From NCBI RefSeq assembly GCF_000007225.1, contig NC_003364.1:1830001-1862000 (forward strand): DNA of 32,000 bases, in the 5' to 3' direction. Position numbers and translations under genes: made by a program. The notes below the pieces were generated by a model. That model had not been told where the DNA came from and did not search any database. It worked only from the letters and a program-made list of their open reading frames with translations. Source of the DNA: Pyrobaculum aerophilum str. IM2 (GTDB lineage: Archaea > Thermoproteota > Thermoprotei > Thermoproteales > Thermoproteaceae). Below are positions 7,776-14,994 of the stretch, in pieces (position 1 is the stretch's first letter; each line of letters opens with the position of its first letter).

Positions 7776-8930
7776 TTATCTTCTCCTCGCTGCGACAAGT
7801 GCACCCGCAATTCCAGCAATCACGCCGAGACCTAACACTACATAGCTAATTGGGTCAACGTAGGGTCTCTCAACAATTTCACGTACAGTTTGCGTTACCA
7901 CGTTAACTTGCGTTGTGGTAACTGTTTCTGTCTCTGTTAGTGTCAGGGTGTCAGTCCTCGTCACCGTCACTGGCAGTATTCTATTCACCGTTGTCGTAGT
8001 ATAGGCAAGCGGGAAGTCGCCCCAACTTAGCATTTGGGGCACAAGCGTTGCCGGAGCCTCTGCTGTAAATGTAGCTAACTGCGTATTAAGCCCTAAGATG
8101 TCTAGCACTCTGGGGACTGTTCCAGACAGTACCGCTGAGGCGTTAGCTGTTCCAACGCCAACAGTCCACTCTTGGGCCATTGGGCCAAATGGCCTTATGC
8201 GGCCGGGGCCGTAGTCGTCATACGAGGTGACCAAGACGTAATATCTCCAGCTAGGTTGCGGAAAGTCGCTCATAAGTCTAGTGGTGGGCGGAATTAGCTT
8301 CCTCGGCACTACGGCAATTATTGAATTGTCACTGGCATATACTTGAGGTAACGGTGAGACACTTATGGTGCCGCCAGTGACGTCGGCAACCGCTACAAAG
8401 TTAACTGTCTCGTTGCCCCACTTAGGTCCAATAAATATGGCTACGTCCCAAGGTGCTAGGCTTGAGAACCTGACGCCAGGGGTATACTTATACTGCGTCA
8501 AGTTGGCGGGATCTGGACAGAAGAACCTAGTAGCCTCATCAAAGAAGGCATTGCCAGAGGCAACATTGCCATCATCGGGCCTGAGAATTGTACAGGACAC
8601 AGTGCCCCACGGGTTTCCGGGAAAGCCTCGGCTTATGTATATTAGGACGTATTGAAGCGAGAATCCGGTCTCAGATCCCCACGGATTGCCCCCGAGGTCG
8701 GCGAAGGTTATCCTAAAAACAAGTGCGTCTGCCGATGCGTTGTACAACACCTCAAACTTCGTAACATCGAAAACACTTCCGTTTTTAAAAACGGGATATT
8801 GAGGCAGAGAGTACCACCCCGGGCCTTGAAAATCGCCTGACTCATCGGTAGCAGTTTGTACAGTAAATAACCCCTGTGCATATATTAACGCGGCTAATAT
8901 AACTGCAAGGAGTATTTTTTCCGATTTCAT
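7776..8930 (-). CDS. Secreted, C-terminally membrane-anchored surface protein. It may carry a glucodextranase-C-like (SLH-like) carbohydrate-binding domain.
   Basis: The start MKSEKILLAVILAALIYAQG is signal-like and has a TATA box 25 nt upstream. The block ALVFRITFADLGGNPWGSETGFSLQYVLIYI resembles, from memory, the glucodextranase C-terminal module family. The C-terminus has a Thr/Val-rich linker, a TM helix, and RRR. Confidence 0.6.
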   Translation of the reverse strand: MKSEKILLAVILAALIYAQGLFTVQTATDESGDFQGPGWYSLPQYPVFKNGSVFDVTKFEVLYNASADALVFRITFADLGGNPWGSETGFSLQYVLIYISRGFPGNPWGTVSCTILRPDDGNVASGNAFFDEATRFFCPDPANLTQYKYTPGVRFSSLAPWDVAIFIGPKWGNETVNFVAVADVTGGTISVSPLPQVYASDNSIIAVVPRKLIPPTTRLMSDFPQPSWRYYVLVTSYDDYGPGRIRPFGPMAQEWTVGVGTANASAVLSGTVPRVLDILGLNTQLATFTAEAPATLVPQMLSWGDFPLAYTTTTVNRILPVTVTRTDTLTLTETETVTTTQVNVVTQTVREIVERPYVDPISYVVLGLGVIAGIAGALVAARRR

Positions 8931-8950
8931 AAATAAATAGAAAAAAGACA

Positions 8951-8960
8951 TATTTATAGA
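8951..8960 (-). promoter_or_regulatory. TATA box for the 7776..8930 gene
   Basis: The minus strand reads CTATAAATAT, about 25 nt upstream of the ATG at 8930. Confidence 0.45.
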
Positions 8961-9008
8961 TTGTTCCCTCCATAGCTTGAAGAAGAACGTATAAGCTTAA
9001 AGAAATAG

Positions 9009-9080
9009 TGGACCGGCCGGGATTCGAACCCGGGATCTCCCGCACGCCAAGCGGGCATCCTTCCGCTAGACTACCGGCCC
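9009..9080 (-). tRNA. tRNA-Ala (anticodon GGC)
   Basis: The minus strand GGGCCGGTAGTCTAGCGGAAGGATGCCCGCTTGGCGTGCGGGAGATCCCGGGTTCGAATCCCGGCCGGTCCA folds as a 72-nt cloverleaf. It has a 7-bp acceptor stem with G3:U70 (the alanine identity pair), anticodon stem CCCGC/GCGGG with loop TTGGCGT (GGC), T-arm CCGGG-TTCGAAT-CCCGG, and discriminator A. There is no intron and CCA is not encoded. Confidence 0.95.
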
Positions 9081-9100
9081 TGTGGAGCTATATCTCCCGC

Positions 9101-9107
9101 TTTTTAA
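9101..9107 (-). promoter_or_regulatory. TATA box for tRNA-Ala
   Basis: The minus strand reads GCTTAAAAAGCGGGAGATATAGCTCCACA followed directly by the tRNA 5' end. TTAAAAA is centred about 24 nt upstream. Confidence 0.5.
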
Positions 9108-9399
9108 GCTTTTTCCCACAGTTTTTCAGCATTGCATCTATGCGCCGTTTGTCTTTCAGCAAAATGTGCTCACGCATGGCCTCTGGGTAGTTGTCGGCTA
9201 GCTATATCTGCCCCTCGCCTCTCCGGTGAGGATTGCTAAAACGTCGACTCTCACAGAAGAGAATCCCCTAGGCCAAGTTCCCGCGCTCACTTTACTCATA
9301 TCGTTCAGCACCGCCTAACCCGACGCCGTCTTTTCCAATTCACTTTTACGAAAACTTAACTCCCTCTTATTTTTGCTTCAAATCTCAGTTACAAATTTG

Positions 9400-9522
9400 A
9401 TGTTACCTCCTCATCTCGGAGGTACTACCCGTGCGGGTTTACTAGTCTTTAACGCATATGTGATGAGCTACAGAGACTTGCGGAGTCTTCTAGCTGAATT
9501 TTAGAGCTAGTTGTGCTTTTTT
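9400..9522 (+). ncRNA. Candidate small structured RNA (function unknown)
   Basis: Hairpin 9404-9424 has a 7-bp stem (TACCTCC/GGAGGTA). Hairpin 9427-9438 has a 4-bp stem (ACCC/GGGT). GTGATGA (9460-9466) and CTGA (9494-9497) bracket a two-part stem (GCTA/TAGC plus GAGACT/AGTCTT). An alternative stem CTAGCT/AGCTAG (9490-9510) is followed by a T6 run (9517-9522). No ORF of 60 aa or more lies here. Confidence 0.3.
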
Positions 9523-9536
9523 AATCCGGCTCTTAG

Positions 9537-9541
9537 AAAAA
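9537..9541 (-). terminator. Oligo-T tract immediately after the trpS stop codon
   Basis: The minus strand reads TAG-CGA-TTTTT. Confidence 0.4.
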
Positions 9542-9544
9542 TCG

Positions 9545-10672
9545 CTATTTGCTTAATTTTACGCTTAGTCTGTATTCGTCTACCTTTCCGCGCGCCTTTT
9601 CTCTCCTTTCTCTATGTTCTTTTAGGAACTTTGTAATTTTCTCGTGGAGTTTGAGCTTACACTCTCCACATAACAACGCGCCTGATTTGCAGTCTTGTCT
9701 GATCTTCTCCACAGAGGCGTCGTCTGGGTCAAAGAGCATATGGTAGTGGAAGACAGGGCAGACCTCCGGGTTCCCCCCGTATTTCCTCTGTTCCTCTGCT
9801 GTTGGCCTGCCCCCGGTGAAGGCGTTCATTACCTTGCGCCTCACGGTTTTCTCGTCGTCTAGGGTGTATATGGCGGAGTCTGGGTTTGACGCCGACATTT
9901 TGCTCTCCCCTGTCAACGCCATTATGAATTTTGAGTATAGAGTTGAGGGCTTGGGGTAGCCCAGGGCATCTGCTATATCTCTCGCGAGGCGGAAGTAGGG
10001 GTCTTGATCTATGGCGCACGGTATTAACACCGGAGTGGCCTCCCGCCTCAACTCCGTGGGGAGGAAGGCCACTGCGATTTGTAGCGATGGGTAGAAGATG
10101 AGGCCTATGTTTGTGGAGTCTGTAAAGCCGAAAGTCGCCTTTACTGTATTCCACGTAAGTTTCTTGGCCACCCTCACCGCGATGGGGTACAGCGGCTTTA
10201 TGTCCTTCGTGTCTATTATTAAATGCAGCCTCTCTGGGGAGAAACCTAGGGCAATTACGTCGAGGGCGTTTTCATACGCCCAGTTGGTGGCCTCCTCGAG
10301 CTTCATCTCAGGGTCGTCGTAGAACTTCTCGTCGTCTGTTATCTGGAAGTACACCTCAAGGCCGAATTTGTCTGAGAACCATTTTAGTAATATCCACGGC
10401 ACCATGTGGCCTATATGTACAGGCCCGCTGGGTCCCCTTCCGGTGTACAACGCCCAGGGCCTCCCCTCTCCGTGCCACTTCATTATAAAGTCGAAGTCTC
10501 TATGCGCGTAGAAAAAGCCCCTTCTGATGAGGGGGTGCACCTCGCCTGCGTATTTCTCCAACAGCGCCACTTCGTCTTTAGTGAGCGGCTTTGCGCCGAA
10601 GTGTTTGAGAAGCTTCTCGTAGTCCACCCTCCCCCTTACCTCCCAGGGGGTGACTACAAACTCCTCCTCCAC
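9545..10672 (-). CDS. trpS: Tryptophanyl-tRNA synthetase (class I) with a C-terminal four-Cys motif
   Basis: The HIGH signature (PSGPVHIGHMVP) and the KMSKS variant (KMSAS) are present, and the overall length and sequence are of the archaeal/eukaryotic TrpRS type. A C-x22-C-x6-C-x2-C motif lies near the C-terminus. Confidence 0.95.
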   Translation of the reverse strand: MEEEFVVTPWEVRGRVDYEKLLKHFGAKPLTKDEVALLEKYAGEVHPLIRRGFFYAHRDFDFIMKWHGEGRPWALYTGRGPSGPVHIGHMVPWILLKWFSDKFGLEVYFQITDDEKFYDDPEMKLEEATNWAYENALDVIALGFSPERLHLIIDTKDIKPLYPIAVRVAKKLTWNTVKATFGFTDSTNIGLIFYPSLQIAVAFLPTELRREATPVLIPCAIDQDPYFRLARDIADALGYPKPSTLYSKFIMALTGESKMSASNPDSAIYTLDDEKTVRRKVMNAFTGGRPTAEEQRKYGGNPEVCPVFHYHMLFDPDDASVEKIRQDCKSGALLCGECKLKLHEKITKFLKEHRERREKARGKVDEYRLSVKLSK

Positions 10673-10706
10673 CCCATTGCGGGGGTCGTGTTTTTGAGTT
10701 TTTAAA

Positions 10707-11447
10707 TTACACCGCCGTTAACACCCCTTTATCTAATAGGTAGGCCACTGTCTGCACCCACCCGGCCAGCCTGCCCAGTTTTAAAAGGGAGAGGCCTCTT
10801 ATACATCTGCGGGAGAGGGGGCAGGCGTCGCATGTATATCTCTTGCAGTAATTGGCGTTTGGGGGCGCCCCCCTTATGCCAAGCCCCGGCGCTATTCTCA
10901 TGTAGTGTTTATCCACTGGCGCCGAGGTGGTGTCGCCGGTGAATAGGAGGAATAAATCCGCGACTTTGGGGCCAACGCCTCTGATTTTTAATAGCGTAAT
11001 CCTGTCCCTGGGGCGGCCCATTGTTAAATAATCGCTCACTGCCTCCGGGAGCCTCTGCAACTGGTAGCTCCTCCCTACGCTCGGCGCTATTCTCGCCAGC
11101 TGTTCTAAATCCTCCCCCGCCGAGAACAGCCTCCTGGCCCATTTCAAGACGTTGACGTGGTAATTAGTGTTCTGAGTTAGGAAGGCGACGACAAAAATGA
11201 GGTCTTCGTCCCCAGGGGAGATGGAGATGCCAATACAGTCTCCGTACTTTTCCACTAGTTTCTGCACGGCATCGCGGATGTCTGCATCTACCTCGTTTAT
11301 ATACTTCCAAGGGCTGTACCACTTGCCAGATATGTAAAAATCGGCGTCAGCCCTAATTCCTTTTTTCACGCCGAATTTCTTAACATAGTTCTCGTCTAGT
11401 AGCGCCAGTGTGAGGCTGGGATAAAGGGTGAGCTCTAGGCAGTTCAT
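10707..11447 (-). CDS. HhH-GPD superfamily DNA glycosylase/AP lyase (endonuclease III-related) with a C-terminal Cys cluster
   Basis: FLTQNTNYHVNVLKWARRLF is the helix typical of Nth-like proteins. The helix-hairpin-helix IRGVGPKVADLF has Lys at the EndoIII catalytic position. Asp is conserved in APVDKHYMRIA. The C-terminal C-x4-C-x2-C-x5-C motif resembles the EndoIII [4Fe-4S] loop. Confidence 0.8.
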   Translation of the reverse strand: MNCLELTLYPSLTLALLDENYVKKFGVKKGIRADADFYISGKWYSPWKYINEVDADIRDAVQKLVEKYGDCIGISISPGDEDLIFVVAFLTQNTNYHVNVLKWARRLFSAGEDLEQLARIAPSVGRSYQLQRLPEAVSDYLTMGRPRDRITLLKIRGVGPKVADLFLLFTGDTTSAPVDKHYMRIAPGLGIRGAPPNANYCKRYTCDACPLSRRCIRGLSLLKLGRLAGWVQTVAYLLDKGVLTAV

Positions 11448-12208
11448 ATCATGAAGGCGGGGACTCCGCTGGGAGTCACCGCGCGGGTCGGCTTCAGCCC
11501 TCTCGCCGACATGAGCTTCACCACGTGGGGGTAGAGTATGACGTATTCCACGTCAATACACTCCGGCAGTTTTGGATGAATCTCGCCCAGGGCCTTTGCC
11601 AACCGCCTCTCGGAGTCCTCAGTTGAAAACCCGAGCATCGCCGCGGGGTATACGTCGCGGCAAGGCCTCATACCGCTTTCTATTAAAAGGCGTAGGGCTT
11701 CGAGCTGTCTGTAGAAATAGAAAGAGGGCGACATTGTAATTTTTACAAACTCCTCGGGAGTGGCCCCTTTTATAGACACTCTCACCACGGCGTTGGGCCT
11801 GGAGGCGAGCTCCTTAGCCAAGTTCCTGTTTATCAACACGCCGTTTGTCTCCACTACAAAGGTATATTCAGAGAGGAGGTCAATCACCTCTAGCAAGTGC
11901 TCCGGCGCTATTAAGGGCTCGCCCCCCGATATTCTCACTTGTTGAAAGCCCTTGCTCTTAGCTATTTCCCTAAGCCTCGCCGCAACTTCATGGGGGGCCA
12001 TCCACGCCCCCGCCGTCAAGACGAAGGAGGTATTTCGCCAAGCCCAACACATGCCACATCTCAAATTACACCCCACCACGTCAGCTGTGGCAATGCCCCC
12101 GTACCACCTATCCGCCCGAAACCTCTTGTACTTCCTGTACACCACGCCGCCCTCTATTTTAACCGCATGTTCAAGCACTAGCTGGAGTAGCCTCTCCGGG
12201 TCTATCAC
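11444..12208 (-). CDS. Radical SAM enzyme (small, activase-like; specific function unknown)
   Basis: It has the CxxxCxxC motif VVGCNLRCGMCWAW, a Gly-rich SAM motif ISGGEPL, and a TIM-barrel-sized 254 aa. The GTG start at 12208 has a TATA-like box about 27 nt upstream. Its stop overlaps the glycosylase start as ATGA. Confidence 0.85.
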   Translation of the reverse strand: MIDPERLLQLVLEHAVKIEGGVVYRKYKRFRADRWYGGIATADVVGCNLRCGMCWAWRNTSFVLTAGAWMAPHEVAARLREIAKSKGFQQVRISGGEPLIAPEHLLEVIDLLSEYTFVVETNGVLINRNLAKELASRPNAVVRVSIKGATPEEFVKITMSPSFYFYRQLEALRLLIESGMRPCRDVYPAAMLGFSTEDSERRLAKALGEIHPKLPECIDVEYVILYPHVVKLMSARGLKPTRAVTPSGVPAFMI

Positions 12209-12228
12209 GTTATGACCGGAACAATTGG

Positions 12229-12241
12229 TTTATCTATTTTA
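12229..12241 (-). promoter_or_regulatory. TATA-like box for the radical SAM-glycosylase operon
   Basis: The minus strand reads TAAAATAGATAAA, about 27 nt upstream of the GTG at 12208. Confidence 0.4.
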
Positions 12242-12384
12242 CTTTGCTTGAAAAAAATACGACAGAACATATAAAAATATGAAAAATTACTGTATTGATG
12301 TATAAACATGAACCTCCGCCGAAGTCGCCTGTTAAAGACGATCCGCGCGTTGTTAAAATCAAGAGGCCAGAGCTGTTGTGGGGC

Positions 12385-12395
12385 TAAATTTTATA
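12385..12395 (+). promoter_or_regulatory. TATA box for the L31e operon
   Basis: AAATTTTATAA is centred about 27 nt upstream of the GTG at 12418. Confidence 0.45.
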
Positions 12396-12396
12396 A

Positions 12397-12692
<296 letters not shown>

Positions 12693-12693
<1 letters not shown>

Positions 12694-13355
12694 TGTTCGA
12701 CATAACTCCCATAAGGGTCTTCGGAACGTCCTCCATTGGAGTCTTTATAGCGACGAATAACACGGTGACTTTTATCCCCCCAGACGTCCCTGAGAAAATA
12801 GACGACGCAGTCCGCAATACTCTCCGCACTTCCGTAGCCCGTTTCACAGTGGCCAGGTCGCCCCTTCTCGGCATATTCACAGTGGTTAACGACAACGGGG
12901 TGTTGCTCCCCCCGCTTGTTTTAGAAGAGGAGGTGAGGCTCTTTAAGGCCTTGGGCCTAAACGTCGATATTATAAACACTAAATACACCGCCATTTCTAA
13001 TTTAATACTGGCTGGAAACAAAGTGGCGCTGGTGTCTCCGCTTTTAGAGCCCAGCGCCAGGAAAGTAGTGGCAGACGTGCTGGGCGTTGAGGTAATTGTG
13101 GACACCATAGCGGGCAATCCGCTGGTAGGCGCGTTGGCCGTGTTAAACTCAAGAGGCCTTTTAGTCGCCCCCGAGGCCACAGATGACGATTTGAAAAAAC
13201 TGTCGGAATACTTCAAGGTGAGAGTAGACGTGGGGACGGTCAATAGGGGCAAGAGCTTTCTCCGCGGCGGCATTGTGGTGAACGACAACGGCGCTCTCGT
13301 CGGCGACGAGACGGCCGGCCCCGAGCTAATGAGGATGCAACAAGTGCTCGGCTAG
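12693..13355 (+). CDS. eif6: Translation initiation factor 6 (aIF6)
   Basis: The repeat pattern FGTSSIGVFIATNN... / NLILAGNKVALVSP / GNPLVGALAVLNSRGLLVAP is characteristic of eIF6 pentein repeats. There is a 1-nt TAATG overlap with rpl31e. Confidence 0.9.
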
Positions 13356-13383
13356 CGGCTTACAGAGGGCCAGTCGTGATAAA

Positions 13384-13394
13384 CTTTTTAAAAA
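13384..13394 (+). promoter_or_regulatory. TATA box upstream of rplX
   Basis: CTTTTTAAAAA is centred about 23 nt upstream of the ATG at 13412. Confidence 0.4.
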
Positions 13395-13411
13395 GAGTCG
13401 TGACAGCCCCC

Positions 13412-13648
13412 ATGCCAAGAATATATAAGGTCATTGGCGAGACTACTACTGGCATGAAATTCAAGCTGGAGGTACTCGGCGAGAAGCCCTACGACGCCAT
13501 AGAAAAGGCGTACTCGCTCATCGGCAGCAGGCACAAGCTGTCAAGAACACAAATAAGAATTAAAGATGTTGTCGTGATTTCGCCTGAGGATGCGTCCTCT
13601 GAAGAGGTCAAGCTGTTAATGAGTATAGACAAAGTGATTAAGTATTAA
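13412..13648 (+). CDS. rplX: 50S ribosomal protein LX (eL20/L18Ae family). I prefer the ATG at 13412 over the track GTG at 13376.
   Basis: MPRIYKVIGETTTGMKFKLEVLGEKPYDAIEKAYSLIGSRHKL matches LX family features. The syntenic position between aIF6 and prefoldin alpha agrees. A TATA box sits at -23 relative to 13412. Confidence 0.8.
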   Translation: MPRIYKVIGETTTGMKFKLEVLGEKPYDAIEKAYSLIGSRHKLSRTQIRIKDVVVISPEDASSEEVKLLMSIDKVIKY

Positions 13649-13649
13649 T

Positions 13650-14048
13650 ATGTCGAGACAAGACGTACAGAGGCTTCTCGAGGAATACCAACTAATCGGC
13701 GAGTTGCTCTCCAGCCTGCAGGCTCAGCATGCCACAGTCGCCGAGCTTTTAGAAGAGCTCACCACGGCGCTTGACGGCGTGAGGCTGTTAAAGGGTGAGG
13801 GGGGCGAGAGGCTCGTGCACATAGGGGCAGGCCTTTTCGTAAAGGGCGTGTTTGAGGCCAAGGAGGTCCTGGCGCCTCTGGGCGCTGGGTACCACGCATT
13901 CCTCGATCTGAACAACGCGGAGCGCATTCTACAGGAGAGGATAGAGGAGTATTCAAAACTGAAAACCTCGCTTGAAGAAAATATAGAGAAGCTGGCAGAG
14001 AGGGCGGCGCAAATAAGACAGGCTCTGGAGAGGCTCGGCATTAGGTAA
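13650..14048 (+). CDS. pfdA: Prefoldin alpha subunit
   Basis: Two coiled-coil arms flank two beta-hairpin segments (VHIGAGLFVKG, APLGAGYHAFLDL). The synteny is conserved. Confidence 0.8.
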   Translation: MSRQDVQRLLEEYQLIGELLSSLQAQHATVAELLEELTTALDGVRLLKGEGGERLVHIGAGLFVKGVFEAKEVLAPLGAGYHAFLDLNNAERILQERIEEYSKLKTSLEENIEKLAERAAQIRQALERLGIR

Positions 14049-14965
14049 TGTTCGAGAGGCTCAAGAGGACTTTTTCGAAATTTGTAGAGTCTGTAGTCAG
14101 CGTAGTAAAAGAGGAGACTTTAAGCGAAAAGGACGTAGACGCGCTTACCTCAGATCTATACATCGATCTAGTTGAAAGCGACGTGGCCGTGGAAGTGGCA
14201 GACGCCGTAGTTGAGGAGTTGAGGAAGAGGCTAGTTGGAATTAAAGTGCCTCGTTTCGGCGATAAAAACGCCGTGATAAAAAAAGCCGTATTTGAGGCAC
14301 TGATGGGAGTAATAGACGATGTGCCAGACGTGGATTTTTACCAAGACTCCAAGAGGCTGTTAAACGAAACTCGCCCCGTTGTCGTCATGTTCTTAGGCCC
14401 TAATGGATACGGAAAGACGACGACTTTGGCGAAACTCGCCTTTAACCTCCAGGAGATGGGGTTTAGAGTTGTGGCCGCTGCCGCCGACACATTTAGAGCC
14501 GGCGCCAGGGAGCAGTTAGAGGAACACGGAAAGCGCGTCGGGTTTAAAGTAATCAGCGGGCCGTACGGCGCAGACCCGGCCTCCGTGGCCTACGACGCGT
14601 TGCAACACGCAAAGGCGAGGGGTTACCACTTCGTGCTCATAGACACGGCGGGGCGTATGCATACAGACGCCAATTTGATGGAAGAGTTGAGGAAAATACA
14701 AAGAGTAACCGAACCGCATTACTCTATCTTTGTATTTGACGCGCAACTGGGCAATGAGGCGCTGGAAATAGCGAAATATTATTCAAAATATGTAAAAATT
14801 GACGGCATGATAGCCACTAAGGTAGACGCGTATCCAAAGGGGGGGTCTATTTTGACATTTATCTACGTGTTGAAAAGGCCTGTTTATTTCCTCGGAGTGG
14901 GCCAGACCTACCGCGACTTGGTAAAATTCTCTAAACAAGAATACATCGGGCAACTTCTGGCCTAA
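14048..14965 (+). CDS. ftsY: Signal recognition particle receptor FtsY
   Basis: SRP GTPase motifs are present: GPNGYGKTTTLAKLA (G1), DTAGR (G3) and ATKVD (G4). There is a TAATG overlap with pfdA. Confidence 0.92.
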   Translation: MFERLKRTFSKFVESVVSVVKEETLSEKDVDALTSDLYIDLVESDVAVEVADAVVEELRKRLVGIKVPRFGDKNAVIKKAVFEALMGVIDDVPDVDFYQDSKRLLNETRPVVVMFLGPNGYGKTTTLAKLAFNLQEMGFRVVAAAADTFRAGAREQLEEHGKRVGFKVISGPYGADPASVAYDALQHAKARGYHFVLIDTAGRMHTDANLMEELRKIQRVTEPHYSIFVFDAQLGNEALEIAKYYSKYVKIDGMIATKVDAYPKGGSILTFIYVLKRPVYFLGVGQTYRDLVKFSKQEYIGQLLA

Positions 14966-14994
14966 AGCTTTTAAATTAGGTTTTAAAACTGGGC

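Noticed and set aside
9088-9177. 29-codon minus-strand micro-ORF (MREHILLKDKRRIDAMLKNCGKKLKKREI), and a 33-codon plus-strand micro-ORF at 9400-9501
   Set aside because: Both have a TATA-like sequence at a plausible distance. They are too short to evaluate without conservation or ribosome-profiling data. One overlaps the tRNA promoter and the other the hairpin module. Neither is called as a gene.
9008-9190. 60-aa plus-strand ORF in the track
   Set aside because: Its first 70 nt are the exact antisense of tRNA-Ala. It has no promoter-like signal and is a low-complexity, Ser/Phe/Arg-rich translation. I treat it as an artefact.
9460-9497. Canonical dual-guide C/D box sRNA
   Set aside because: C-like (GTGATGA) and D-like (CTGA) boxes are present, but they span only 38 nt (27 nt between them). 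There are no recognisable internal D' and C' boxes, and the intervening sequence is self-complementary. I report it only as a K-turn-like hairpin candidate.
9081-9544. Possibility that the spacer encodes RNase P RNA or SRP (7S) RNA
   Set aside because: Neither strand has the universal RNase P CR-I core (GGAAAGUCC-like) together with a same-strand ACAGAA...GGCUUA-like CR-V. The nearest matches (GGAAAAGAC on minus, CACAGAAGAG on plus) lie on opposite strands. The region also lacks the high GC content and the helix-8 features expected of a hyperthermophile SRP RNA. A covariance-model scan is still needed to be sure.
9729-10154. 141-aa minus-strand ORF inside trpS
   Set aside because: It lies in an alternative frame of the trpS coding region. 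The Arg/Pro/Gly-rich translation has no motifs, while the trpS frame has HIGH and KMSAS.
10909-11142. 77-aa minus-strand ORF nested in the glycosylase gene
   Set aside because: It lies in an alternative frame of a gene with clear HhH-GPD motifs, and its translation is Gly/Arg/Pro-rich.
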